Below, one piece after another: positions 7,948 to 17,195 of a stretch of 64,000 bases of DNA. Positions within the stretch are counted from its first letter, which is position 1; every line of letters starts with the position of its first letter. The DNA is from Rhodobacterales bacterium. GTDB taxonomy: Bacteria > Pseudomonadota > Alphaproteobacteria > Rhodobacterales > Rhodobacteraceae. Under the pieces are notes generated by a model. It ran no database searches. It had not been told where the DNA came from and saw only the letters and a list, made by a program, of their open reading frames with translations. The stretch is from contig JBBSNW010000004.1 of the NCBI GenBank assembly GCA_038260405.1, positions 32,133-96,132 of the forward strand, written 5' to 3'. Position numbers and translations under genes: made by a program.

Positions 7948-10194
7948 CTACCCGTCTGGTGCGATGCGCGTTGCGTCCAGCAGGGCACGCAGGCTCTCGC
8001 GCGTTGCTTCGCTGTCCCCCACAAGCGCCTGTGAGCTTCCCAAACTTGCCGAGCGGGCGGATTCGTCAGGCGCAGGGTTGGATTGTGTTGGCTGCACAGC
8101 ATCGGACAGGGTGCCATCGGCAGATTCCGCAACTGGCGTCCACTCCCCTGATGTCCAAGTAGAGTTCGCCGAATCCCCGGTATTTCCGACCTCATCAAGG
8201 GCCTTTCCGGCATAGTCGGAATCCCCCATCATGAGCCTGGCTTCGGCTCTGAGTTCGAGCACTTCAGGACCCTGGAGACCGATCAGGGCGATTTCTGCGT
8301 CCTCAGGAAGGTCCTGCGCCAGGAGGATGCGGGCCTGGAGCAAGCGCGCATCGCGGTCGGCGCGGTCCGTCCCGACATCTTCCAGAAATTGGGATGCCGC
8401 ATCCGGCAGACCCAGCGAGAGCATGCGCTCTGCAGCGGCAAGAAGCGTGAGCCTTGCCGTCCCAAGGGGATGCAGAGGCGAAGCGGCCAAGGCAAGCCGC
8501 ATGAAAGTGAGGTCTTCGGCCTTTTCGATCAGCGCATCCGCGGCTTCGGCGCGCATGTCGAGATCCATCTGGGCATCGCCGGAGCTCTCGTTGTTCATCT
8601 CCTCGAAAACCTGGTCGAATTCACCGTTGCCAATCAAGGCTCGCATATGCGCGCGCCAGAGGCCCGCACCCTCTTCGGTACCGCGGAATTCGACCGAGTA
8701 GGCCGACGCCAGATCCGAAATATCGGTCTGCGCCGGTGTGCCATGTTCGGCGCTGATTTGCATCAAGGCCTCGACAGCATGCGCAGATGTGGCGCCGGAC
8801 GTACTACGCGCAACATCCGTCAGGCGCGTCGCCGCCGTTTCGAGATGGCCGTCGTCAATATCCATCCTGGCTCTGGCAAGTTCGGTCTCGGGGTTCGGCT
8901 CTGTCTGAGACCGGCCGACCCGTTTCAAGAGATCCTGAGCGGTGGCCTTTTCCCCCAAAGCGAGAAGCTTGTCGACAAGGCGGCTGGAAAGATAGGACTT
9001 GAGAGGATCCGGCAGTGCTTCGAAACCGCGTAGAATGGCCTTCGTGTTGATCTCGCGGGCTGTATCTTCATCGGACAGTGTCAATAAAGACCAGAGAGCA
9101 GCAGATCCATCGCAATGGGTCTGACCGGTAAACGTTTCGGTCGGGTCGGGTTTGCCATCCAGCAGCGCCGCGAGGGCGGCGAGCGTCGGCATTGCGGGCG
9201 TATCCGCGAGATCCAGAAACACTTTTGCTTCGGGCCCCATTCCATAGTGCAGGTAGAATTTTGCGAGCTTTTCGGCAATCTGACCGTCCATACGGTCGAA
9301 TTCCCCCACAAGCCCCTGGTTCAGGTCGCGCAGCTGAACGTCGAAAGCGGCATCGTTGGCCCAGTCCCTCAGAGCCAGATCCGCCTCTGCAATGCAGTTA
9401 TCGCCGCTGAGCAGAATGCGCCCGTCGTCGAGCGTTGCGTGGAGCGCGTTCGGCGGTACTCCCGCATGATCCGTGTGGACAGAACCGTCAGGCACATTTT
9501 CGAATGCAGGGCCTTTGGTCTGCGGGTCCGGGTCAAGTTGTGCCGGTTGCGCTGAAACGTCCAGCAACCCCCTCGTAACCGCACGCGCGAGTTGTTCGGT
9601 GATGTTGCGTTCCAACTTTGCGATGTCTGCGGGCTGCGGATCAGCGGGAGATGCACCTTCGGTCTCGGTGCCTTGCCAGCTTCCGCCCGACCATGTGTCC
9701 AGCCTGTCCAGGGGAAGCGCACCATAGGTTTCGACCGGGGGTGCGAGCGTGTCAGCCAGAGACGGCAGCCCTGCCGATGGAAAATCGAAGGCTGCGCGGC
9801 TGCGCGGTTTTGTCGGCTGGGTGTCGGTGGGGATATTTTCCGAGATATCGACCACAAGCATGGTCCCGTTCAGCACGAAGGCTTCGACACCGCACGCACA
9901 GGACAGCTTCAGCCCCAGATCAGACGTGCCTGCAACAGCGCCAATATCCGCCAGCCGGTCCTTGGAGATCCTGCTGAACACCTCGGCCGTATCGAAGGAG
10001 AACCGGTTTTCTGGAAATTGTATGACGCTGTCATAGGTATCGGTGCCCGGCCCCAGGGTCCATTGCGTGCCCCGGGCGATGTCGATGACCAGACGCGTGA
10101 ATCCGTCATGATCACCTGAGCGAACCTGCAGCGTCTGGGCCGCAGCAGCTGCGCCCCAGACGATTAGGAAGGCAATGAATACGCCTCTTGTCAT
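7948..10194 (-). CDS. Secreted hypothetical protein: signal peptide, AMIN-like N-domain, Pro/Asp-rich linker and long Ala/Leu-rich helical region; embedded between motA and flhA
   Basis: The ORF-track call 7948..10818 was trimmed to the ATG at 10194, which overlaps the motA stop (ATGA at 10191-10194). The N-terminus is MTRGVFIAFLIVWGAAAAAQT (signal-like). It is followed by LQVRSGDHDGFTRLVIDI...MLVVDIS, which resembles the AMIN-domain pattern. 748 aa. Confidence 0.75.
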   Translation of the reverse strand: MTRGVFIAFLIVWGAAAAAQTLQVRSGDHDGFTRLVIDIARGTQWTLGPGTDTYDSVIQFPENRFSFDTAEVFSRISKDRLADIGAVAGTSDLGLKLSCACGVEAFVLNGTMLVVDISENIPTDTQPTKPRSRAAFDFPSAGLPSLADTLAPPVETYGALPLDRLDTWSGGSWQGTETEGASPADPQPADIAKLERNITEQLARAVTRGLLDVSAQPAQLDPDPQTKGPAFENVPDGSVHTDHAGVPPNALHATLDDGRILLSGDNCIAEADLALRDWANDAAFDVQLRDLNQGLVGEFDRMDGQIAEKLAKFYLHYGMGPEAKVFLDLADTPAMPTLAALAALLDGKPDPTETFTGQTHCDGSAALWSLLTLSDEDTAREINTKAILRGFEALPDPLKSYLSSRLVDKLLALGEKATAQDLLKRVGRSQTEPNPETELARARMDIDDGHLETAATRLTDVARSTSGATSAHAVEALMQISAEHGTPAQTDISDLASAYSVEFRGTEEGAGLWRAHMRALIGNGEFDQVFEEMNNESSGDAQMDLDMRAEAADALIEKAEDLTFMRLALAASPLHPLGTARLTLLAAAERMLSLGLPDAASQFLEDVGTDRADRDARLLQARILLAQDLPEDAEIALIGLQGPEVLELRAEARLMMGDSDYAGKALDEVGNTGDSANSTWTSGEWTPVAESADGTLSDAVQPTQSNPAPDESARSASLGSSQALVGDSEATRESLRALLDATRIAPDG

Positions 10195-11060
10195 GCGGCA
10201 TCCTGTTTGACGGCCTTCAGCGCCTCTTCGAGATCGACGAAGCTGGGGCGGCAATGGGCAGGCGTGTTCTGGCGACCTACCTCGATGCAAATGTTGGTCG
10301 AATGGTTGTAGAGGTTGGCCACCAGCACCTCGCGGATCAGCTGATAGAAATGCGCATCCTCTTCGACCACAGCCTTGACCTTGGCTCCGAAGGGCCCGAC
10401 GAAGGCATAAGCCAGAAACACGCCGAGGAATGTGCCCACCAGGGCGCCGCCGATCATCTTTCCCAGCACCTCTGGAGGCTGGTCGATGGATGCCATCGTC
10501 TTGATCACACCCAGAACGGCAGCGACAATGCCAAGGGCGGGCAGACCATCCGCGATGCCCTGAAGCGCATGGCACGAATGCATGGCGCTGTGCAGGGTCG
10601 CTTCCATGCGCTTTTCCAGCACCTCTTCGACCTGATGCGGATCGTCGTAGTTCATCGACACAGACCGCAGCGTATCGCAGATCAGCTCGACCGATTCCTT
10701 GTCTGCCTGGATCTTGGGATATTTGCTGAATATCGAGGAATCCTGAGGATTTTCCACGTGTTCTTCGACAGCGACCGGGCTGGAGCGAGCCAGGCGGACC
10801 AGTTCGAACAGCAGGCACAACAGATCGCGGTAATCGTCATGCTTCCATTTGGGCCCCTTGAAAACCTTGCCGATATCCTTGGCCGTGTGTTTGACGATCG
10901 ACATATCATTGCTGATCAGAAAAGCTCCGACAGCGGCTCCGCCAATCATCATCATTTCGAAGGGCAAGGATTTCAGGATGATACCCATCTTGCCGCCGGC
11001 AAGAATGTAGCCCCCGAAAACCATTCCGAAAATTACAACGATGCCAATGATTCCAAGCAT
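10191..11060 (-). CDS. motA: Flagellar motor stator protein MotA
   Basis: 289 aa with four TM segments, a large cytoplasmic loop, and a C-terminal plug/TM3-4 region (ALGIVAAVLGVIKTM...GGALVGTFLGVFLAY) typical of MotA. Confidence 0.93.
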   Translation of the reverse strand: MLGIIGIVVIFGMVFGGYILAGGKMGIILKSLPFEMMMIGGAAVGAFLISNDMSIVKHTAKDIGKVFKGPKWKHDDYRDLLCLLFELVRLARSSPVAVEEHVENPQDSSIFSKYPKIQADKESVELICDTLRSVSMNYDDPHQVEEVLEKRMEATLHSAMHSCHALQGIADGLPALGIVAAVLGVIKTMASIDQPPEVLGKMIGGALVGTFLGVFLAYAFVGPFGAKVKAVVEEDAHFYQLIREVLVANLYNHSTNICIEVGRQNTPAHCRPSFVDLEEALKAVKQDAA

Positions 11061-11168
11061 GTCAAAGCTCCGTTGACCGACATCGTGACGATGTCATGCG
11101 AATGTTAAGATTGTCTCAGTGCGGAACGTTTTCGGTGTTTCGATCACGATGACCGCAAGCCCGGGTCG

Positions 11169-12281
11169 CTACATCACGACGAATTCCGCATGCAGCGCTC
11201 CGGCGGCCTTGATGCTCTTGAGGATGTCGATCATGTCGCGCGGCGACACGCCCAGCGCGTTCAGACCGGCGATGACTTCGGACAGGCTCGTGCCGCCGGG
11301 TATTTCCGCAAGGCCGATCCCGGGTTCTTCGATGATGCCGGTTTCGGTTCTCGGCACGACGACGGTCGCGCCTTCGCTGAAGGGATTCGGCTGTACGGCG
11401 ATCGGCGCTTCCTGAATCCGCAGGGTCAGGTTGCCCTGCGAGACGGCGACCCGAGAGATCCGCACATCCTCGCCCATCACGATCGTTCCGGAACGCTGAT
11501 CCACGACGACCCGGGCACGACGCTCCGGTTCGACCGGCAGATTCTCGATCGCCACCACGGCATGCGCGGGAGATCTTGCCCCTGATCGGGTCAGATCGAC
11601 GCTGACCGTGCCGGAATCCAGCATCGTCGCCGAAGCCCGCCCGAACTGCCGGTTGATTGCGGATTCGATCCGCTCCGCGGTGGTGAAATCCGGCTCGCGC
11701 AGAGCAAGGCGAAGGGAGGAAAGTTCAGTGAAATCGAACTCCACCTCGCGTTCGATGCGCGCACCGGCCGGAATGACGCCCGACGTTGGCACACCCTGCA
11801 CGATCGTGGCGGCCTGGCCGGTCGCCTCGACCCCGCCGGCAATGATCGTACCTTGAGCCACCGCATAGATCAGACCATCTGCGGCATTGAGCGGTGTCAT
11901 GATCAACGTGCCGCCCAGAAGGCTTTTGGCATCGCCAATGGCGGAAACGGTGACGTCGATCTGCCCACCCGCCCGCGCAAAGGGTGGCAGCCGCCCGGTG
12001 ACGAAGACGGCCGCGACGTTCTTGGGCCGAAACTGTTCGCCGGTGATGTTCACGCCCAACCGTTCGAGGATGTTCGACATGATCTCTTCGGTGAAGGGAG
12101 AATTGCGCAGCCCGTCGCCCGTGCCGTTCAGCCCGACCACCAGGCCATATCCGACCAGATCGTTCGAGCGCACACCGTCGAACTCCACCAGATCCTTGAT
12201 CCGGACGTTCTGCGCCATCAGCGGCACGGAGGCGGAGAGCAAGGCGAGCCCCACAAGAAGAAGCCGCAGAACGTCCCTCAT
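11169..12281 (-). CDS. flgI: Flagellar P-ring protein FlgI
   Basis: 370 aa with a signal peptide, then RIKDLVEFDGVRSNDLVGYGLVVGLNGTGD. It ends with the conserved C-terminus SLSEVIAGLNALGVSPRDMIDILKSIKAAGALHAEFVVM. Confidence 0.95.
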   Translation of the reverse strand: MRDVLRLLLVGLALLSASVPLMAQNVRIKDLVEFDGVRSNDLVGYGLVVGLNGTGDGLRNSPFTEEIMSNILERLGVNITGEQFRPKNVAAVFVTGRLPPFARAGGQIDVTVSAIGDAKSLLGGTLIMTPLNAADGLIYAVAQGTIIAGGVEATGQAATIVQGVPTSGVIPAGARIEREVEFDFTELSSLRLALREPDFTTAERIESAINRQFGRASATMLDSGTVSVDLTRSGARSPAHAVVAIENLPVEPERRARVVVDQRSGTIVMGEDVRISRVAVSQGNLTLRIQEAPIAVQPNPFSEGATVVVPRTETGIIEEPGIGLAEIPGGTSLSEVIAGLNALGVSPRDMIDILKSIKAAGALHAEFVVM

Positions 12282-13282
12282 CGCATGAACTCCACGAAGG
12301 ACAATCTGGCCGCGCGCGCCGTAACGGAATAGAGCGCTTCGAGCTGGACTTGCGCATCCTGGAGCTGGACGGCAGTCTCGTACTGATCGGCACCGATCAG
12401 CTTGAGCCGCGCGAGCTGCGTGGAGGTGCGTTCGGACGCGTTACGGGTCTCCGTCTCTTCGATGCGGGCCTGCAGATTGCCGATCCCTGCCCGCAGATCG
12501 GTCAGCGGCGTCTGACCGTTTTCCATCTGCAGCCCGGCGGACAGCAGCATTTCCCCCCTCAGGTCCGCCGGAAAGCCCAGCCCGGCATCGGTGGTGAGCG
12601 CCGCAAGGGACAAGGCCTTGATCATGTCGCGGAAAACCGGGTCATCGGCGCGAACGTCGAGGCTGGCTGAATCGCTGGCGCTCAGCCGGGTATCGGCGAC
12701 GCTCTTGGTGGATCCGGCATAGGCGACGATCTCGAAACCGCCGCCGGGCGTGTCGAACCAGGCATCCAGCTTTGCCTGAATCCCGGCCAGCGTGGTTTCG
12801 CCGCTCAGTTCGATCCGCAGAGCGTCGAGGATGGGCTTGGCATCGCTCACGGCGGCGCGATCCGTCGCCACGCCGCCGAACACGAACCGACCCGCGGCAT
12901 TGGCGTTGAGATTGGACAGGGTCGCAGTAAGCGTGGTCTCGGCATCCTTCGCCATGGTCGCGCGCAGAGTATCGGAGACGACCATCTCGGTCTGCAGGAG
13001 CCGTGGCGAGAGGTCCTGGATCCGGCTCTGCATCTGGCCAAGCGCGGTCTGCATCACATCCGCCACATAGGTGGCTTCGGCGGTAGCGATGCCGAAACCC
13101 TCCAGCGCCTGCAGGGACCGGTCCAGCGTCGCAAGAACGGTGAGGTCCCCGCCGAGATGGGCGGCCTTGTCGTTGACGATGCCGGTGGACAGTTCGACGC
13201 CGAGTTTGCCGATCTGGTCGCGCACCCGGGTCTGATTGAGCCGCAGCACGAGGCTCTGCGCCATGTCGCCGATGGATTGCAT
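12278..13282 (-). CDS. flgL: Flagellar hook-associated protein 3, FlgL (flagellin-family termini)
   Basis: 334 aa with flagellin-like N- and C-terminal helices. It lies between flgK and flgI, and its stop overlaps the flgI ATG (ATGA). Confidence 0.8.
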   Translation of the reverse strand: MQSIGDMAQSLVLRLNQTRVRDQIGKLGVELSTGIVNDKAAHLGGDLTVLATLDRSLQALEGFGIATAEATYVADVMQTALGQMQSRIQDLSPRLLQTEMVVSDTLRATMAKDAETTLTATLSNLNANAAGRFVFGGVATDRAAVSDAKPILDALRIELSGETTLAGIQAKLDAWFDTPGGGFEIVAYAGSTKSVADTRLSASDSASLDVRADDPVFRDMIKALSLAALTTDAGLGFPADLRGEMLLSAGLQMENGQTPLTDLRAGIGNLQARIEETETRNASERTSTQLARLKLIGADQYETAVQLQDAQVQLEALYSVTARAARLSFVEFMR

Positions 13283-13292
13283 CTTCTTCTCC

Positions 13293-14735
13293 TTAGATCG
13301 ACAGGACGGTCTGAAGCATCTCGTCCACGGTCGTCATGACCTTTGCATTGGCCTGAAAGCTCTGTTCGAGCAGCATGAGGAACTGCAGCTCCTGGTCGGT
13401 GTCGACCCCCTCGCCGAGAACGAGTTCGGACAGGGCGACATTCTGCGCCTGGGCGTAGCTCAGCTGCGAGTCCGTGCGAACGCGGAAGGCCCCGATCCCC
13501 GACGACCATTCCGACACGAGACCCGCCACGCTCCGGGCCGTCGGGTCGAGGCTGGACGAGTTCGGTACGCTTGTCTCCGTGAGTGTCGCGTAGAGCGCGT
13601 TGAGCAGGCTGGCATCGCCGACCTCTCCGGGTGCCGCGTTCAGGCCGTCTCGCAGGCGCCAGCTTCCGCCGCCATTGACCGAAACGGCTGAATTGAGATT
13701 GATCCGGCCGGAAATCCCGACTTCGTCCGCCGGGTCGAAGAGCAATCCGTCATCGACGAAGACCCCTGGATTGCCGACCGCGATTGTCGAGTCCGGCCCA
13801 CCTGCCCCCAAGCGTTCGATGAGATCCCGCGCGACGCCGTCGAGCTGGGCCTGAAAGGCAACCGCTTGCACGTCGCGGATCTGGAACTGGGCGCCGAGCG
13901 ATCCGCCCGAAAGCGGTCCGGACTCCGAGGTGTTCACCGGCTTGCCGTCGATGGTCAGTCCGGACAGAAGGCCGTTAGCCTGTGTCAGGTGCGGCTCGAT
14001 GATCGAGGTCTGCGAGAATTCCATCTTCACGGCGCGCCCATCCATCAGGATGAGTCCGCCTGTGGTGAAAAGAGCGACACCGTTATCGTCCCGCGCCACG
14101 CTGCGCAGCGGTACGGCCTCGGCGATGGTGTCGATCGCTTTCTGGCGTGCATCCATCAGGGACGAGGCGTCGCGACCCAGCCGCGTGGCAGCCATGATGC
14201 GGTTGTTGAGCTTTTCGACCTGCGCCAGCGTGTCGTTGAGCGCATCGACCTGCACGCGGATTGTCCGGTCCGCCTCCTCTCGCGCTGTCTGGATGTGGTT
14301 CGACAGCGTGTTGAAGGTCTTGGCCAGATCGTCGGCGGCGCGCGACAGGGTGTCGAGCCGCTGGGTCGATGCCGGATTGCTGGCTGCGGTGATCATGGCG
14401 TTTTCGAACGCCGCCATGCGTCCGCTGAGCGATCCGGTACTGGTTGCGTCCCCGAGCATGAGTTCCAGCCGCGAGGCAAAGCTCTGCAACGTTTCGTCTT
14501 TCGCGGTTTCGGCATCCGACAATCGGCGGTCCGCAAGGACCACCGGATTGACGTGGCGCGTGACCCCGTCGACCCGGACACCCCCCGACCCCAGACTGCT
14601 GGACGAGACCGCCAGTTCGCGGCGGCCATATCCCTCGGTCTGGGCATTCGAAATGTTCGACGACACCAGACTGGCGGCGCGTGCATTGGCGGTAAGGCCG
14701 CTGAGCGCGCTTGACAGGGCTCCTGATAGGGACAT
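13293..14735 (-). CDS. flgK: Flagellar hook-associated protein 1, FlgK
   Basis: 480 aa. The N-terminus MSLSGALSSALSGLTANARAASLVSSNISNAQTEGYGRR is the FlgK/rod-family motif. The C-terminus is EELQFLMLLEQSFQANAKVMTTVDEMLQTVLSI. Confidence 0.92.
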   Translation of the reverse strand: MSLSGALSSALSGLTANARAASLVSSNISNAQTEGYGRRELAVSSSSLGSGGVRVDGVTRHVNPVVLADRRLSDAETAKDETLQSFASRLELMLGDATSTGSLSGRMAAFENAMITAASNPASTQRLDTLSRAADDLAKTFNTLSNHIQTAREEADRTIRVQVDALNDTLAQVEKLNNRIMAATRLGRDASSLMDARQKAIDTIAEAVPLRSVARDDNGVALFTTGGLILMDGRAVKMEFSQTSIIEPHLTQANGLLSGLTIDGKPVNTSESGPLSGGSLGAQFQIRDVQAVAFQAQLDGVARDLIERLGAGGPDSTIAVGNPGVFVDDGLLFDPADEVGISGRINLNSAVSVNGGGSWRLRDGLNAAPGEVGDASLLNALYATLTETSVPNSSSLDPTARSVAGLVSEWSSGIGAFRVRTDSQLSYAQAQNVALSELVLGEGVDTDQELQFLMLLEQSFQANAKVMTTVDEMLQTVLSI

Positions 14736-14784
14736 TGCGGTTTCCTTTTGTTCGACGACGTCGGTTCAGCGGTGGGTGTGAGGA

Positions 14785-16098
14785 TCAACGCTTGATGTTG
14801 GTGGTTTCCTGCAGCATCTCGTCCACGGTCTGGATGACCTTCGCGTTCGAGGAATAGGCGCGCTGGGTCTGGATCAGATCGGTGAGCTCCTTGGCCACGT
14901 CTGTGGTCGATTCCTCGCGCGCAAAGGCGATTATGTCCCCGCTCGGGCCATCCGAGGCATCCCAGAGATAGTAGCCGCCGCTTTGCGGCGAGGGCAGATA
15001 GACCTGCTTGTCCATGGCGAACAGTCCGTTCGGGTTCGGCAGGTCGACCAGCGGCACCTGGAAGATTGTGCGTGTGAACCCGGTATCGAAATAGGCCTTG
15101 ACCATGCCCTGCGCGTTGATCTCGACAGAGGTCATGTTGCCGACCGGAGAGCCGTCCTTCTGGATGTTGAGCGGCGCGAAGCTGTCGCCGAGCTGGGTCA
15201 GACCGTCATTCGCGCCCGGAGTGCCGATGATGATCTCGATCGGACCGCTGACCACATTGACGATGATCGTACCGGTGACCGGATTGTAGGTCCCGCCGGA
15301 TGTCGTGGTGACGCTCTGCAGGGTGCCGCCGGCAGCGCGTGAATCGTCAAAAGTCAGTTCGTATTCGCCGATGGTCGCGCCCGGTGGCGTCGACGCCGAG
15401 TCGGTCAGCACCATCGTCCATTTATTCGATGACCCCGAAGCGGGGATGGTAGGCGTGAAATTCACGCTGACATTTTCCGACACTCCGAGATTATCGTAAT
15501 ATTCGATCGACACATCCTTGGGCGTTCCGACCGCGTCAAAGCTGGTTTCCGTCGCGGGCAGGTTGATACCCATGGTCATCTGTGTCGTGGGCTGGCCCGA
15601 CAATTGATTGGCGATGATGCGCACGGGTCGAAGGCCGTCGCTGGAATCCCGGGGATAGCTCGGAATGACGCCATCCGCGGTGGCCGGAAAGCCCATGAGA
15701 ACCAGACCCGAATCCGAGACCAGATAGCCATCGGCGTCGGTGCGGAACGAGCCGGTAGTGGTCAGCATCATCTGGGGCGTCCCGTTGCCGTTCTGAACTT
15801 CGTTCACGTTGGCAACCGGCAGAAACCCGCGTCCGCGTACCGCAAGATCGGTGGCGTTGTTGGTGGCAACCAGCGATCCGCTCTGATCGATCAACCGCTG
15901 CGTGCCGACACGAACGCCCCCCGCCGTGTAGCTGCCCCCGGTCGAGGACGTGACCATCGACTGGAAATCGGTTTCCACACGCTTGTAGCCATAAGTCCCC
16001 GAATTCGCGATGTTATCGGAAATCGTGGCGAGGCGGCTGGCATTCGAAGCCAGACCCGCCACCCCCGCATTCAGGGAGGAGGAAATTGTCATGGACAC
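14785..16098 (-). CDS. flgE: Flagellar hook protein FlgE
   Basis: 437 aa. The N-terminus is SSLNAGVAGLASNASRLATISDNIANSGTYGYKR and the C-terminus is LIQTQRAYSSNAKVIQTVDEMLQETTNIKR. Confidence 0.92.
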   Translation of the reverse strand: MSMTISSSLNAGVAGLASNASRLATISDNIANSGTYGYKRVETDFQSMVTSSTGGSYTAGGVRVGTQRLIDQSGSLVATNNATDLAVRGRGFLPVANVNEVQNGNGTPQMMLTTTGSFRTDADGYLVSDSGLVLMGFPATADGVIPSYPRDSSDGLRPVRIIANQLSGQPTTQMTMGINLPATETSFDAVGTPKDVSIEYYDNLGVSENVSVNFTPTIPASGSSNKWTMVLTDSASTPPGATIGEYELTFDDSRAAGGTLQSVTTTSGGTYNPVTGTIIVNVVSGPIEIIIGTPGANDGLTQLGDSFAPLNIQKDGSPVGNMTSVEINAQGMVKAYFDTGFTRTIFQVPLVDLPNPNGLFAMDKQVYLPSPQSGGYYLWDASDGPSGDIIAFAREESTTDVAKELTDLIQTQRAYSSNAKVIQTVDEMLQETTNIKR

Positions 16099-16200
16099 GC
16101 CTTTCTGCTGTATCTGGATCTTTCTAGGTCACAGATACGCGCGCCGACTTAACGGGCCGCTAACAGATAAAATCCAAGCCATTCTGGCTTTGAATTCATG

Positions 16201-17040
16201 TCACGTGCGCCGCAGATAGATGACCTCGACCCGGCTGTTGCGGAAATCCATGCGGTTTGCAGTGACCGGCTCGCGGTCGGCATGTGCGGTGACACGGTCG
16301 AACCGGGCTGCAGGCATGCCTTGGGCGCCGAGCAATTCGCGCATCGCATCAGCCCGTTCGGTCGACACCTCCCAGGACGTGTCGCGGGCGATGACGATCG
16401 GCGCCGCCCGGACGTGCGCCTCGATCGCGAGGGGATTGGACACGAGGCCGGATACCCGCAGGATGACGCCGGACAGCTGCTGCATAAGCTCGGTCGGCTG
16501 ACCATCGGTGTCAAAGAGGCGGGCATCTTCCGTCTCGAACAGCTCGACCACCAGGCCTTCGTCGGTCACGCGCGTCTCGATATGCTGCAAAAGCGGATCG
16601 GCGACCATGCTTTCGCCACCCCGGCCCATCAGCATCTGCTCGACCTCCTTGAACACCTCGTCCTCGCTGGACCTGGCTTCGGACTCGGCGTCCAGCCCGC
16701 GGGCCTCCCGGGATTCGGTCGGCTGCATGCTTGTCGCGCCGGTTCCCACCTTGGGAAGCGTCATTTCCGAAAAGACGGAATCGCCGCCCATCACGCCATC
16801 ACCGCCCCCGGAGACACGGCTGATGGAGATCGTCGGCGAAAAGTAGTCCGCAATCCCTTTTTTCTGCTTTTCCGTCGTCGCGTTCAACAGCCACATCAAC
16901 ATGAAAAAAGCCATCATTGCAGTCACGAAGTCTGCATACGCAACCTTCCAGGCACCACCATGATGCCCGCCGCCTGCGATAACCTTTTTCTTCTTGATGA
17001 TGACTGGCGCGACATTGCTGTCGGCACCCATCTTCACCAC
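16201..17040 (-). CDS. motB: Flagellar motor stator protein MotB (OmpA-like C-domain)
   Basis: 279 aa. The sequence GGAWKVAYADFVTAMMAFFMLMWLL contains the MotB TM helix with its conserved Asp. The C-terminal region is peptidoglycan-binding-like. The start is GTG 17040 or ATG 17031. Confidence 0.9.
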   Translation of the reverse strand: MVKMGADSNVAPVIIKKKKVIAGGGHHGGAWKVAYADFVTAMMAFFMLMWLLNATTEKQKKGIADYFSPTISISRVSGGGDGVMGGDSVFSEMTLPKVGTGATSMQPTESREARGLDAESEARSSEDEVFKEVEQMLMGRGGESMVADPLLQHIETRVTDEGLVVELFETEDARLFDTDGQPTELMQQLSGVILRVSGLVSNPLAIEAHVRAAPIVIARDTSWEVSTERADAMRELLGAQGMPAARFDRVTAHADREPVTANRMDFRNSRVEVIYLRRT

Positions 17041-17195
17041 CTTCCATACTCACCCGGAGCCAGAGGTAGCAGTGCGGACCTTTAGGCAGCCTTAACAATT
17101 AAAACTGTCCGGTGAATTCCCGATCCTATAGACGCTCTCCCATGCGGTTGGTGCGCGTGGCGCCCGACATGTCGAACAGCCATTTTTCTGGGAAT

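Noticed and set aside
7948-10818. N-terminally extended ORF-track calls. Besides this one they include 4921..5961, 17894..19282, 19891..21357, 22012..23169, 25391..27301, 27500..28876, 28578..32249, 32140..33729, 35056..35604, 44386..45567, 46499..47401, 52419..53429, 54642..55559 and 61964..63034.
   Set aside because: The extensions overlap the upstream gene and are Arg/Pro/Gly-rich. Internal starts reproduce canonical family N-termini and create ATGA/TGATG junctions or have good Shine-Dalgarno sequences, so the trimmed coordinates were used.
17092-17102. TTAACAATTAA upstream of motB as a CtrA box
   Set aside because: The spacing between the TTAA half-sites is 3 nt, not 7. It is at best a half-site in an AT-rich patch, which is not enough to call.
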